From contig OY969695.1 in NCBI GenBank assembly GCA_963701965.1, forward strand, positions 1,568,001 through 1,632,000: 64,000 nucleotides of DNA. The letters run 5' to 3'. Positions 49,351 through 58,520 of this stretch are shown piece by piece. A program made the translations under genes and the position numbers. This DNA is from an uncultured Gemmatimonadales bacterium. Its GTDB lineage: Bacteria > Gemmatimonadota > Gemmatimonadetes > Gemmatimonadales > Gemmatimonadaceae. Position 1 is the first letter of the stretch; each line of letters starts with the position of its first letter. The notes under the pieces were generated by a model, which was not told the origin of the DNA, searched no databases, and saw nothing but the letters and a program-made list of their open reading frames with translations.

Positions 49351-51678
49351 ATGCCGTCCGACGAGCCGCTCCAACCCGAGGTGTTGTGGGGTTGGGACCC
49401 CACGCCCGCGATCGTCTCCGTCCACGCCCGCCCCGACGGCCGCGCCCTCGTGTGGCGGCGCCTCCCGGACGGCGCGCTGGTCCAGGAGGACGCGCGCTTT
49501 CGCCCCTGGCTCCTGCTGGCCCACCTCGACGATCTGCGCGATGGCGCCGGCGGCCCGAACGTACACCGCCGCGAGCTCGCGGGACCGGGCGCGTTGCGGC
49601 ATCTCGTCAGTGCCGACGATGGCCGCGCGCTGACGTCGGCTATTCTGCGCGGCGCATCGGAGCGGCATGGCCAGCATATCGGCCATCTCGGCGAGCTGAA
49701 TCGGCTGGAGCCCGGCACTGTCCTGTCCCTGCCGCCCGACGAGCAGTATCTCGTCGCCTCGGGACGCACGTACTTTCGCGACCTGCCGTTCGACCATCTG
49801 CACCGGCTCCAGTTCGACCTGGAGACGACGGGGCTCGATGCCCGGTGGGATCGGATCTTCATGATCGCGATCCGCTATCACGGCGGCGACACGGAAGTGC
49901 TGGAGGCGCTGGACGACAGCGACGCCGCGGAGGCGGCGCTCATCCGCCGACTCATGGAACGCGTGCGGGCCGCGGATCCGGACTCCATCGAGAACCACAA
50001 TCTGCACGGGTTCGATCTGCCATTTCTCGAGCGCCGCGCTCGCACGCTTGGCGTGCCGCTGGCCCTCGGCCGCATCGAGGGCCCCGGCCTTCGCACCCGC
50101 GCCTCGAGCACCCGCGGACACGATGACCGCCGCGTGCGATTCGTCGCGCCCGGCCGGGAGTTGATCGATACGTTGGACGCTGTCTGGCGCCACGACTTCG
50201 CCACGCGCGAGCTCCCGGGGCACGGTCTCAAGGCGGTGGCCCGCCATCTGGGGATCGCCCGCGCCGGCCGCGAGTACGTCCCCGGGGCCGAGGTCTACGC
50301 GACGTACCGCGCCGACCCGGAGCGCGTACGGCGCTACGCGACGGATGACGTCGAGGAGGTCGCGGCGCTCTCGCGGATGCTCGGCGGCGCGGCCTATGCG
50401 CTTGCCCAGATGGTCCCGCGCCGCTACGAGCAGCTGGCCGATGCGGGGCCGGCGACCGGCGTCATCGACCCGCTGCTGCTGCGCGCGTACGTGCGCGCGG
50501 GGATGGCGCTGCCCGCGCACGAGGCCGGGGATGGGACGCCGCACAGCGGGGCGGCGCTGCATCTCTTCGCATCAGGCGTCACCCACCGCGTGGTCAAGGC
50601 GGACGTGGCGAGCCTGTACCCGTCGTTGATGCGCACGTACCGGATCGGCTCGTCGCGCGATCGGCTCGGCGCGCTCCTCGCTCTCGTCGACGGCCTGGTC
50701 GAGCGTCGCCTGGCGGCCAAGACGCTGGCCCGCACCGCCCCGCCAGGCTCGGCGGAACGGCACACGCACGAGGCCATGTCGGCGGCGCTCAAGATCGTCG
50801 TCAACTCGGCATATGGCTATCTCGCCGCGGGCGGCCTCACGCGCTTTTCCGACGTCCATGCCGCAAACGAGATCACGCGGCGGGGACGCGAGGTCCTGAC
50901 CCTCCTCTGCCGGGAGCTCGCTGCGCGGGGTGCGACGCTGATCGAGGCAGACACCAATGGCGTGTACTTCGCGGCGCCGGATGCGTGGGACGCGGACGAC
51001 GAACGGCGGGTCGTCACCGAGGTGGCGGCCCTCTTGCCGCCGTTGGTACAGCTGGAGCTCGAGGGCCGCTACGCCGCGATGTTGTCGCACGAGCCCAAGA
51101 ACTACGCGTTGCTGGGATACGATGGCGCGTTGCGCCTCAAGGGCGTGGCGTTCCGCTCCAGCCGCTCGGAGCCATTCGGCGACGCGTTCCTCCGCCAGGC
51201 CCTCGCCCGCCTGCTCACGGGCGACATCGTCGGCGTCCGCGATGTGTATCTCGACATGACGCGGGCGATCCGGGCGCGCGAGATCTCGACGCACGACGTC
51301 TCGTCGCGGGTGCGACTCACGAAGACACCGGACGAATACCAGGCGGCGCGCGAGCGCCGGCGCGAGCTCCCCTACGAGGCCGCGCTGGCCGGGGGCAGGG
51401 CCACCTGGCGGACCGGGGAACGCGTGCGGGTCTATCGCAAACAGGGCGGCGACGGAGCCCTCGTCGGGGCGGACGTGCGCGACTACGACACGGACTACTA
51501 CATCGCGCTCCTGCGCACGTCCTACGCCGAACGGCTGGCCCGGGCGTTCACGCCGGACGACTTCGCGGCCCTGTTTGGCGATGCGGACCAACTGTCACTG
51601 TTCACGCCGTCCATCGGCGCCATCCAGCCGATCCTGACGATGATTCCGGGTACCGTCAACAATATTGTTGACGATTAA
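49351..51678 (+). CDS. polB: Family B DNA polymerase with 3'-5' exonuclease domain; polymerase motif C altered (DTN)
   Basis: ExoI FDLET, ExoII HNLHGFD, ExoIII YATDD; motif A DVASLYPS; motif B KIVVNSAYG; motif C EADTNG; KNYA. Start uncertain (49306, 49312 or 49351). Confidence 0.88.
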   Translation: MPSDEPLQPEVLWGWDPTPAIVSVHARPDGRALVWRRLPDGALVQEDARFRPWLLLAHLDDLRDGAGGPNVHRRELAGPGALRHLVSADDGRALTSAILRGASERHGQHIGHLGELNRLEPGTVLSLPPDEQYLVASGRTYFRDLPFDHLHRLQFDLETTGLDARWDRIFMIAIRYHGGDTEVLEALDDSDAAEAALIRRLMERVRAADPDSIENHNLHGFDLPFLERRARTLGVPLALGRIEGPGLRTRASSTRGHDDRRVRFVAPGRELIDTLDAVWRHDFATRELPGHGLKAVARHLGIARAGREYVPGAEVYATYRADPERVRRYATDDVEEVAALSRMLGGAAYALAQMVPRRYEQLADAGPATGVIDPLLLRAYVRAGMALPAHEAGDGTPHSGAALHLFASGVTHRVVKADVASLYPSLMRTYRIGSSRDRLGALLALVDGLVERRLAAKTLARTAPPGSAERHTHEAMSAALKIVVNSAYGYLAAGGLTRFSDVHAANEITRRGREVLTLLCRELAARGATLIEADTNGVYFAAPDAWDADDERRVVTEVAALLPPLVQLELEGRYAAMLSHEPKNYALLGYDGALRLKGVAFRSSRSEPFGDAFLRQALARLLTGDIVGVRDVYLDMTRAIRAREISTHDVSSRVRLTKTPDEYQAARERRRELPYEAALAGGRATWRTGERVRVYRKQGGDGALVGADVRDYDTDYYIALLRTSYAERLARAFTPDDFAALFGDADQLSLFTPSIGAIQPILTMIPGTVNNIVDD
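51654..51673. promoter_or_regulatory. Perfect 20-bp palindrome, probable ArsR operator
   Basis: CGTCAACAATATTGTTGACG, AT-rich, just upstream of the ArsR gene and inside the last polB codons. Confidence 0.75.
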
Positions 51679-51681
51679 CGG

Positions 51682-52032
51682 TTGCCGACGTACCTTCGAG
51701 GAGTGCCGCGAACGTCACGCCGGGTCGGGCCCGTATTCGAGGCGCTGGCGAATGAGCCTCGGCGTCAGATCGTGGCCCGTCTGGCGCAGGGCGCCATGAG
51801 TACGCCGGAGATTGGTCGGCAGTTCGGCTTCAGCCGGCAGGCGCTCAACCGGCATGTCGGCATTCTCGAGCGGGCCGGCCTGGTGCGGCGGACCATGCAC
51901 GGGCGGATGCACGAGTTGCGCCTCGTGCCGGCGCCGCTGGACGAAGTCGTGGAGTGGGTCGCGATTCTGCGTAGGGGATGGGAAGGCAACCTTGACCGCT
52001 TGGGCCATGTGCTCGGGAGGGACGATGCGTGA
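51682..52032 (+). CDS. ArsR/SmtB-family transcriptional regulator
   Basis: VFEALANEPRRQIV, SRQALNRHVGILERAGLV, W...LDRL. Confidence 0.88.
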   Translation: MPTYLRGVPRTSRRVGPVFEALANEPRRQIVARLAQGAMSTPEIGRQFGFSRQALNRHVGILERAGLVRRTMHGRMHELRLVPAPLDEVVEWVAILRRGWEGNLDRLGHVLGRDDA

Positions 52033-52444
52033 GTCAGTCACCCTCGTGCGCGACTATCCGCTCCCGCCAGCCCACGTGTTTCGGGCGTGGACCGACGTCG
52101 AGTTGCTCGGCCGATGGTTCGGGTGTGGTCCCGACATGCTGTGGACCATCCACGAGTGGGATGTGCGTGTCGGCGGCGCCATCCACGTGAGCCTCCTATT
52201 CGACAAAGGACCGTATGTCGTGCGCGGCGAGTTTCTGATCGTCGATCCGCCGCGCCGTCTGCGCTATCGATTTGGCGACGCACACATCGTCGATGTGACG
52301 ATCGAGGCGCACGGCGCGGGCAGCCGCGTCACGGTGCGCAACGAGGGCCTCGACACGCCGGACATGCGCGCGACCATCGAGGCCGGCTGGACCAGCGGGT
52401 TGGCGCAACTCGGGGCGTTGGTCGCGACGGCTCCCGTCTCATAA
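52025..52444 (+). CDS. SRPBCC/AHSA1-domain protein
   Basis: ATG 52025. VFRAWTD..LLGRW, DVRVGG, GEF..VDPP.RL, GW...L..L. Confidence 0.88.
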   Translation: MRESVTLVRDYPLPPAHVFRAWTDVELLGRWFGCGPDMLWTIHEWDVRVGGAIHVSLLFDKGPYVVRGEFLIVDPPRRLRYRFGDAHIVDVTIEAHGAGSRVTVRNEGLDTPDMRATIEAGWTSGLAQLGALVATAPVS

Positions 52445-52839
52445 TGCCCGCCAAGAAAGCGGCCAAAAAAGCGGCCAAGAAAACGAGCGTCCCCCCGGAC
52501 CAGATGCGACTCTACGAGCAGCTCGTTGCCGCGGCCGGCATCGATGTCAAATCAAACTTCGGATCCGGATACACGGCCGTGAACGGGAACATGTTCTCGA
52601 TGATCTCGAAGTACGGGGTCGTCGGCATCCGCCTGCCCGATGCCGATCGCGCCGCATTTCTCGCGAAGTACGACGCCGAGATTTTCCGGGCCGATCCGAA
52701 ATGGCCGCCGAATCCCGAGTACGTCGCGGTGCCCGCCGACCTCCTGGCGAATACGCGGGCGCTTGCGCCGTATCTGTCGCGGGCGCACCGCTACGCGCTC
52801 GGCCTGCGCCCGAAGGCGACCAAGACGACAAAATCGTGA
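52444..52839 (+). CDS. TfoX-N-like small protein with AKKA-repeat N-terminus
   Basis: ATG overlaps the upstream TAA. YTAVNGNMF, EYVAVP, L.PK. Confidence 0.65.
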   Translation: MPAKKAAKKAAKKTSVPPDQMRLYEQLVAAAGIDVKSNFGSGYTAVNGNMFSMISKYGVVGIRLPDADRAAFLAKYDAEIFRADPKWPPNPEYVAVPADLLANTRALAPYLSRAHRYALGLRPKATKTTKS

Positions 52840-52927
52840 GGTTGTTGGCCCCCACATCTCACCAATTCCTAACATTGAGCGCACGTCACACGCTGGTTTC
52901 GGCGCGCTTTCAGAATTAGCATAGCGG

Positions 52928-55345
52928 GTGCTCCTGGTTCCCTTGGTCGTCGTCGGCGCCGCCTTGCACCTCGCGGCGCCGTTCGTTTCCGACACCGATT
53001 CCACGGCCTATCGTAAGGCCGTGACGCCACGCGTCGCCGCGCAGCCCAACGTGTACGACGGGCGCGCCGGCCAGCTCTCGGTGCCCATCCCGCGCATCAA
53101 CGCCCAGATTCCCGTGGACGGCACGCTGTCGGCCGAAGTGTGGGGACGGGCGGCGCTGCTCACCGGGTTTTCCGAGTATCAGCCAGTGGATGGGCGCCCC
53201 GCGGAAGACTCCACCGAGGTGCTGGTCTGGTATTCCGCCGACGCCATCTATTTCGGCATCCGGGCGTTCGAGCTCCACGGCGCCGCGCACGCGACCATGG
53301 CCAACCGGGACAAGATCGACGGCGATGACAACGTCCAGTTGATCCTGAGCCCCTTTGTGCACTCGCATCAGGCGCTCGTCTTCGCCGTGAATCCATTTGG
53401 CGCGCAGGAAGACGGGACGATCACCGAAGGCGTCGGACGGTCGCGGGGGTTCGGCGTGAATAACGTGACCGGTCCCGATTCGACCGACTTGAGCCCGGAC
53501 TTCGTGTACGAGTCCAAGGGACAGGTCACGCCTTTCGGTTATCAGATCGAAGTGCGGATCCCGTTCCGCAGCATCAAGTTCCCGGCGAAATCGCCGCAGG
53601 ACTGGGGGATCAACATCCTGCGGAAGATCCAGCATTCCGGGCACAGCGACACCTGGTATCCGACGAAGTTGGCCGCGTCGTCATACCTCGATCAGGCGGG
53701 CACGCTCACCGGGCTCGCCGATCTGAGCGCCGGACTCGTGCTCGATCTGAACCCCATCGTCACCGAGAAGGCGATCGGCACGCCCACGTTCGGGTCGGGG
53801 CCGGGATGGCGCTACGACGCCGATCGCCCGCAGTTCGGCGGAAACGTCCGCTGGGGCATCACCAACAGCCTTTTGCTCAACGGGACCTTTCGCCCCGACT
53901 TCGCCGAAGTCGAATCCGACGCGACGCAGCTCGTCCTCGATCCGCGCGCCGCCATCCTGTACCCCGAAAAGCGCCCGTTCTTTCTCGACGGACTGGAACA
54001 GTTCAACACCCCGTCGAATCTGATCTACACGCGGCAGATCGAAGCGCCGATCGGCGCCACGAAACTCACGGGCAAGGTTGGGGACGTGTCGCTCGCCTAT
54101 CTCGGCGCGGTCGACAATGAGCCGGCCACAGGCCTCGAGGGCGGCCACCCCGCGTTCAACATCCTGCGCGTGCGCGAAGACTTCACGCAGGGCTCGGAGA
54201 TCGGCGCGGCCGTAACCGACAAAGAGATTGGCGGCAGCTTCAACCGCCTGGCCAGCGTCGATACCCGGCTGACCTTCGGGAAGCTCTATACGCTCTCCAT
54301 GCAAGCCGCCGGGAGTACCACGCGCGATGGCGGATTGTCCACCGCCGGCCCGCTGTGGGCGGCGAACTTCTCGCGCGCCGGCCGCTCGTTCATCATGAAC
54401 TACAATCTCTCGGGCATCGATCCCGAGTTCGTGGCGGCCAGCGGATTCATCTCCCGCGCCGGCGTCGCCAACGCATCGGCGGACTGGCGATATACGTTCT
54501 ATCCCAAGCACACGTTTCTGGACACATTCGGGATCGACCTGCTGATCAACGACACCTGGGTCTATCGCGACTTCACATCGGGCCACGCCCCGGAGGATCG
54601 CCGCTACCATATCACGTGGCTGGCCACGCTCCACGGCGGATGGCAGTTCCTGTTCGGGCTGTACGCCGAGGGCTACGGGTACGACCCGTCGCTGTACGCG
54701 AACTACTATCTGGGGCACATCACGGCGCACGACACGACGTACACGCACTTTGTCGGGAGTCCGGTGATTCCCAACACGGATTACGTGCTGCAGGTCAGCA
54801 CGCCCGTGTTCTCCAAATTCGATCTGTCGCTGCTCCAGCTCGCGGGACGGGACGAGAACTTCTTCGAATGGGCACAAGCCGATATCAGCGTCACGGAGTT
54901 GACGCTCAACTATCGCCCCACCGACCAGCTCCGCGTCCAGCTCATGTACAACGCGCAGATCTACTGGCGGCACGACGACTACTCGATCGCCGCCAAGACG
55001 CTGATTCCCCGGCTCGACATCGAGTACCAGCTCTCGCGACCCATCTTCTTCCGGCTCATCGCCCAATACGACGGCGCCTACCAGAACAACCTGCGGGACG
55101 ATTCGCGGACGAACTTGCCGATCTTCTTCTTGAATCCGGGAACCACGACCTTTACCCGCGCCGCGGCGTTCCAGTCCAACCAGTTGCAGCTGTCGGGACT
55201 CTTCTCCTATCAACCGATCCCGGGCACGGTCGCGTTTCTCGGATACGGCAATACGCTGGACGAACCGAACGGCTTTCAGTTCAATCCGCTCCGGCGCATC
55301 GCCGACAATTTCTTCGTCAAGTTCAGCTACCTGTTCCGTCTCTAG
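52928..55345 (+). CDS. DUF5916-type outer membrane protein with CBM9-like N-terminal domain
   Basis: VDGTLSAEVW, FAVNPFGAQED, EVRIPFRSI, PDFAEVESD, YPEKRPFF, YTRQI; ends FFVKFSYLFRL. Confidence 0.85.
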   Translation: MLLVPLVVVGAALHLAAPFVSDTDSTAYRKAVTPRVAAQPNVYDGRAGQLSVPIPRINAQIPVDGTLSAEVWGRAALLTGFSEYQPVDGRPAEDSTEVLVWYSADAIYFGIRAFELHGAAHATMANRDKIDGDDNVQLILSPFVHSHQALVFAVNPFGAQEDGTITEGVGRSRGFGVNNVTGPDSTDLSPDFVYESKGQVTPFGYQIEVRIPFRSIKFPAKSPQDWGINILRKIQHSGHSDTWYPTKLAASSYLDQAGTLTGLADLSAGLVLDLNPIVTEKAIGTPTFGSGPGWRYDADRPQFGGNVRWGITNSLLLNGTFRPDFAEVESDATQLVLDPRAAILYPEKRPFFLDGLEQFNTPSNLIYTRQIEAPIGATKLTGKVGDVSLAYLGAVDNEPATGLEGGHPAFNILRVREDFTQGSEIGAAVTDKEIGGSFNRLASVDTRLTFGKLYTLSMQAAGSTTRDGGLSTAGPLWAANFSRAGRSFIMNYNLSGIDPEFVAASGFISRAGVANASADWRYTFYPKHTFLDTFGIDLLINDTWVYRDFTSGHAPEDRRYHITWLATLHGGWQFLFGLYAEGYGYDPSLYANYYLGHITAHDTTYTHFVGSPVIPNTDYVLQVSTPVFSKFDLSLLQLAGRDENFFEWAQADISVTELTLNYRPTDQLRVQLMYNAQIYWRHDDYSIAAKTLIPRLDIEYQLSRPIFFRLIAQYDGAYQNNLRDDSRTNLPIFFLNPGTTTFTRAAAFQSNQLQLSGLFSYQPIPGTVAFLGYGNTLDEPNGFQFNPLRRIADNFFVKFSYLFRL

Positions 55346-55376
55346 TAGTTGGCTTGGGCATCCGTGTCATCATGAC

Positions 55377-55844
55377 ATGACCATAATCCTCTCCGCCCTC
55401 CTCGTCGCCGGCGCGCTGGCGGCCAACGTGGCGCACGCCCAGACGACCGAGTCGACGCCAGAGCGCCAGATCCGGCCGCTCATGGATGAGCTGATGCTGG
55501 CCGCGAACGCCCACGACACGGATCGCTACCTCAAGCCGTTCGTGCACGACTCGTCCCTGCTCTTCGTCTTCAACGGGATCGTGGTCAACGGGTATACCAA
55601 GCTGCGGGAGCTCCAGTACAAAGCCTGGAACAGCCCCAAGACCAATGCCGTGTACACCCTTCGCGGGCCCGACGCCTACACCGTTCTGGATTCCCGCATG
55701 GTCATCGTCACCAGCCTCCTGTCCTCCCGGCGGACGATGCCGACCGGCGAGACCAAGAGCGGCGACCTGGTGATCACCATCCTCTGGCAGATGCGCCCCG
55801 ACGGGTGGCACATCGTTCACGCGCACGAATCGACGTTGCGCTAG
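55377..55844 (+). CDS. Exported NTF2/SnoaL-like protein
   Basis: Signal peptide AHA-Q; ends TILW....DGWHIVHAHES. Confidence 0.8.
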   Translation: MTIILSALLVAGALAANVAHAQTTESTPERQIRPLMDELMLAANAHDTDRYLKPFVHDSSLLFVFNGIVVNGYTKLRELQYKAWNSPKTNAVYTLRGPDAYTVLDSRMVIVTSLLSSRRTMPTGETKSGDLVITILWQMRPDGWHIVHAHESTLR

Positions 55845-55926
55845 GAACACGTGGTGCGGGCGGGGAATCGGCGACATATTCGGAGTCGCCACCCAATGTC
55901 GCGGTGGCCTCCTCCCTCCCCCGCCC

Positions 55927-57792
55927 ATGCTACGTTCTCTAGTCGTTGCGGTACTGTTGTCGCTCGTCGCATCGCCCGCGATCGTGCGTGCCCAGGGCCA
56001 GCCCCAGACCGCGTCGGTTCGCTCGACGCGATGGGCGCCCATCTCCAACGTCGTTTATGACGTCACCGTGGATTCGGCGCGTACCGCGGCCCGGTCGCTG
56101 TCCGTGGCGATGCACTTTCGCGTCGCGGGGCCCGGGCCGGTCGTCCTCGCCCTGCCCGCGTGGTCTCCGGGCCACTACACGCTGCTATGGTTCGCGCGCC
56201 GGGTGTCGCACTTTGCGCCGACCAGCGGCGACCGGCCGGTCGAGTGGCACCAACTCGATTTCGAGACGTGGCGCCTCGATGGCCTGACGCCCGGCGCCTC
56301 GGTGACCGTCGGATTCGACTATCGGGCCGACACCATCGATCGGGCCGTCGCCTGGACGCAGCCCGACTTCGCGTTTTTCAACGGCACGAATCTCTTCCTG
56401 TACCCCGTGGGCCAGGGCTTCGACTGGGGCGCCCAGGTGCGTGTGCACGCGCCGGACGGTTGGCGCGTCGCCACCGGGATGACGCCGGGCACGGCGCCGG
56501 GCGTCTTCACGGAATCCAACTATCACGACCTGGTCGATTGCCCGTTCTTCGTCGGCCACTTCGACCTGGATAGCGTCGCGGTCAGTGCCACGCCCGGCGG
56601 ACCCAAGGATCACTGGGTACGCGCCGCGAGTTATCCGGCCGGCGCGGTTACCGGCGCGCACCTGACGCGCTGGATGGATTGGCTCGCCAAGATCGCTCCC
56701 GCGCACGCGGCCGTCTTCCACGACATGCCGTGGAAGACGTACACGGTGCTGCAGGTGGCCGACCCGCATCCCAACGGCGGAGGACTGGAGCACCATGATT
56801 CCCAAATGGACGAGATCAGCGCCGAGTGGCTCGATCTCCCGTTTCTGCCGGGGCTGTACTCACACGAGATGTTCCACGCCTGGAACGTGAAGCGCCTGCG
56901 CCCCGCGGACCTGGTGCCGTACCGCTATGACGATGCCCAGCCAACGCCGTGGCTCTGGGTGAGCGAAGGCATCACCGACTACTACAGCAACATCGGCATC
57001 GTCCGGAGCGGGATCGGCGACTCCACGGGATTCTTCTCGGCCATGGCGGTGGCGATGACGTCGGTCGTCACCGCGCCGCCCACCGCGCTCGCCGACGCGT
57101 CGCTGCGTTCGTGGATCGACCCGACGGACGGCTCATCGGGCCTCTATTACCCCAAGGGATTGGCCGCCGGGTTCCTGCTCGACATCCTGATTCGCGACGC
57201 GAGCGACAATCGGCATTCGCTCGACGACGTCATGCGCGCGGTCTACGACTCGACTTACAAACATGGCCGCGGCTTCACGCCGGTCGACTGGTGGACGGCC
57301 GTGGCCCGGGCCGCGGCGCCGGGAACGCCCCGGATCTCGTTCGCCGACGTGCGGCGGCGGTTCATCGAGGGACGTGACGCATTCCCGTGGGAGACGATCC
57401 TCCCGCTCGCCGGCCTGCGCATCACCCGGGACAGCGCCCGCGTGGTCACCCTCGGTCTCGCGACCAGACCGGACTCCGCTGGCCGCGCGCGCGTCGCGTT
57501 CGTGGCGCCGCATAGCGCGGCGGAGCTGGCGGGCATCAAGGCGGGCGATGTCTTGACGCAATTCGGCGACGTGGTCTTCCATGATCCGTCGCAACTCGAC
57601 GCGGCCCGACGCCGATACGGCGGCGCCGAGGGCACGACGGTCGACGCCACAGTCGTGCGCGCCGGCCAAACACTGACATTGCCCGTGGGCATCCGGACGA
57701 CGGTCGAGACACACATCAGGGTAAATGCCGATCCAGCGGCGTCTCCCAAGGCGGCCAGGATCCGCCAGGGGATTCTGACGGGAAGCACCTGA
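55927..57792 (+). CDS. M61 glycyl aminopeptidase family metallopeptidase with PDZ domain
   Basis: LPAWSPG.Y, GGLEH, HEMFHAWNVKRLRP, LWVSEGITDYY, YYPKG; PDZ motif SAAELAGIKAGD. Confidence 0.92.
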   Translation: MLRSLVVAVLLSLVASPAIVRAQGQPQTASVRSTRWAPISNVVYDVTVDSARTAARSLSVAMHFRVAGPGPVVLALPAWSPGHYTLLWFARRVSHFAPTSGDRPVEWHQLDFETWRLDGLTPGASVTVGFDYRADTIDRAVAWTQPDFAFFNGTNLFLYPVGQGFDWGAQVRVHAPDGWRVATGMTPGTAPGVFTESNYHDLVDCPFFVGHFDLDSVAVSATPGGPKDHWVRAASYPAGAVTGAHLTRWMDWLAKIAPAHAAVFHDMPWKTYTVLQVADPHPNGGGLEHHDSQMDEISAEWLDLPFLPGLYSHEMFHAWNVKRLRPADLVPYRYDDAQPTPWLWVSEGITDYYSNIGIVRSGIGDSTGFFSAMAVAMTSVVTAPPTALADASLRSWIDPTDGSSGLYYPKGLAAGFLLDILIRDASDNRHSLDDVMRAVYDSTYKHGRGFTPVDWWTAVARAAAPGTPRISFADVRRRFIEGRDAFPWETILPLAGLRITRDSARVVTLGLATRPDSAGRARVAFVAPHSAAELAGIKAGDVLTQFGDVVFHDPSQLDAARRRYGGAEGTTVDATVVRAGQTLTLPVGIRTTVETHIRVNADPAASPKAARIRQGILTGST

Positions 57793-57875
57793 TTATCCGG
57801 CGGTTTCGGGCCTATCTGTCCGGCCGTTCGCAGGTCAGATTAGGCCCGTCACCCTGACCCTCCACCGTCGCGCCC

Positions 57876-58502
57876 ATGCCCGTTGTCCTGGTTCTCGCCA
57901 TCGCCGCCCTCACCGCGCTCGGACCGGGTGATTCGGCGAAGAAGACCGCGCCCGAAACCAGCCTGCCGATCCTGCCGACCCGGCACACGCAGTTCACCAC
58001 CGACGAAGGCACGTGGATGTCGCTCGACGTGTCGCCCGACGGTCAGAACGTGGTGTTCGATCTGGTGGGCGATCTCTACACGGTGCCGATCACCGGCGGC
58101 AAAGCGACGCGGATCACGTCGGGCATGGGATTCGACGGTCAACCGCGCTATGCACCGGACGGCAAATCGATCGTGTACGTGACCGATCGGAGCGGATACG
58201 AGAATCTGTGGCTGGTCGACCCGGATGGAAAAAATCCGCGCGCCCTGACCAAAGACCATCTCGCCCGCGTGGGCGCCCGACGGGCACTACCTGATCGTCT
58301 CCCGGACCAAGGCCGGCATTCTGCGATGGCCTTTCTCGCGTCCCGGGCGCTGCGCGCCATGCTCTACGGCGTGAGCGCCAGCGACCCGCTGCTTATGGCC
58401 GGCGTGCCGGTCGTCTTTTCCCTCGTCGCCTTGGCGGCGACGTGGGCTCCGGCGCGCCGCGCCGCCAGCGTGGATCCCGTCGTGGCGATCAAGACCGAGT
58501 AG
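57876..58502 (+). pseudogene. Chimeric remnant: TolB/PD40-repeat protein N-terminus fused to ADOP permease C-terminus
   Basis: FTTDEGTWMSLDVSPDG...PRYAPDG. The next PD40 repeat (ISPAWAPDGHYLIVS) sits in another frame from ~58258. The ORF ends MLYGVSASDP...PARRAASVDPVVAIKTE. Confidence 0.8.
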
Positions 58503-58520
58503 GCGCCTGTCAGGCCAGAG

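Noticed and set aside
49351..51678. polB as marker of a prophage, casposon or pipolin
   Set aside because: No integrase, Cas1, capsid or terminal repeats nearby; flanking genes are ordinary.
57807..57848. Inverted repeat CGGGCCTA...TAGGCCCG after the M61 peptidase
   Set aside because: Imperfect stem with a large loop and no U-tract; at most a weak terminator or stabiliser.
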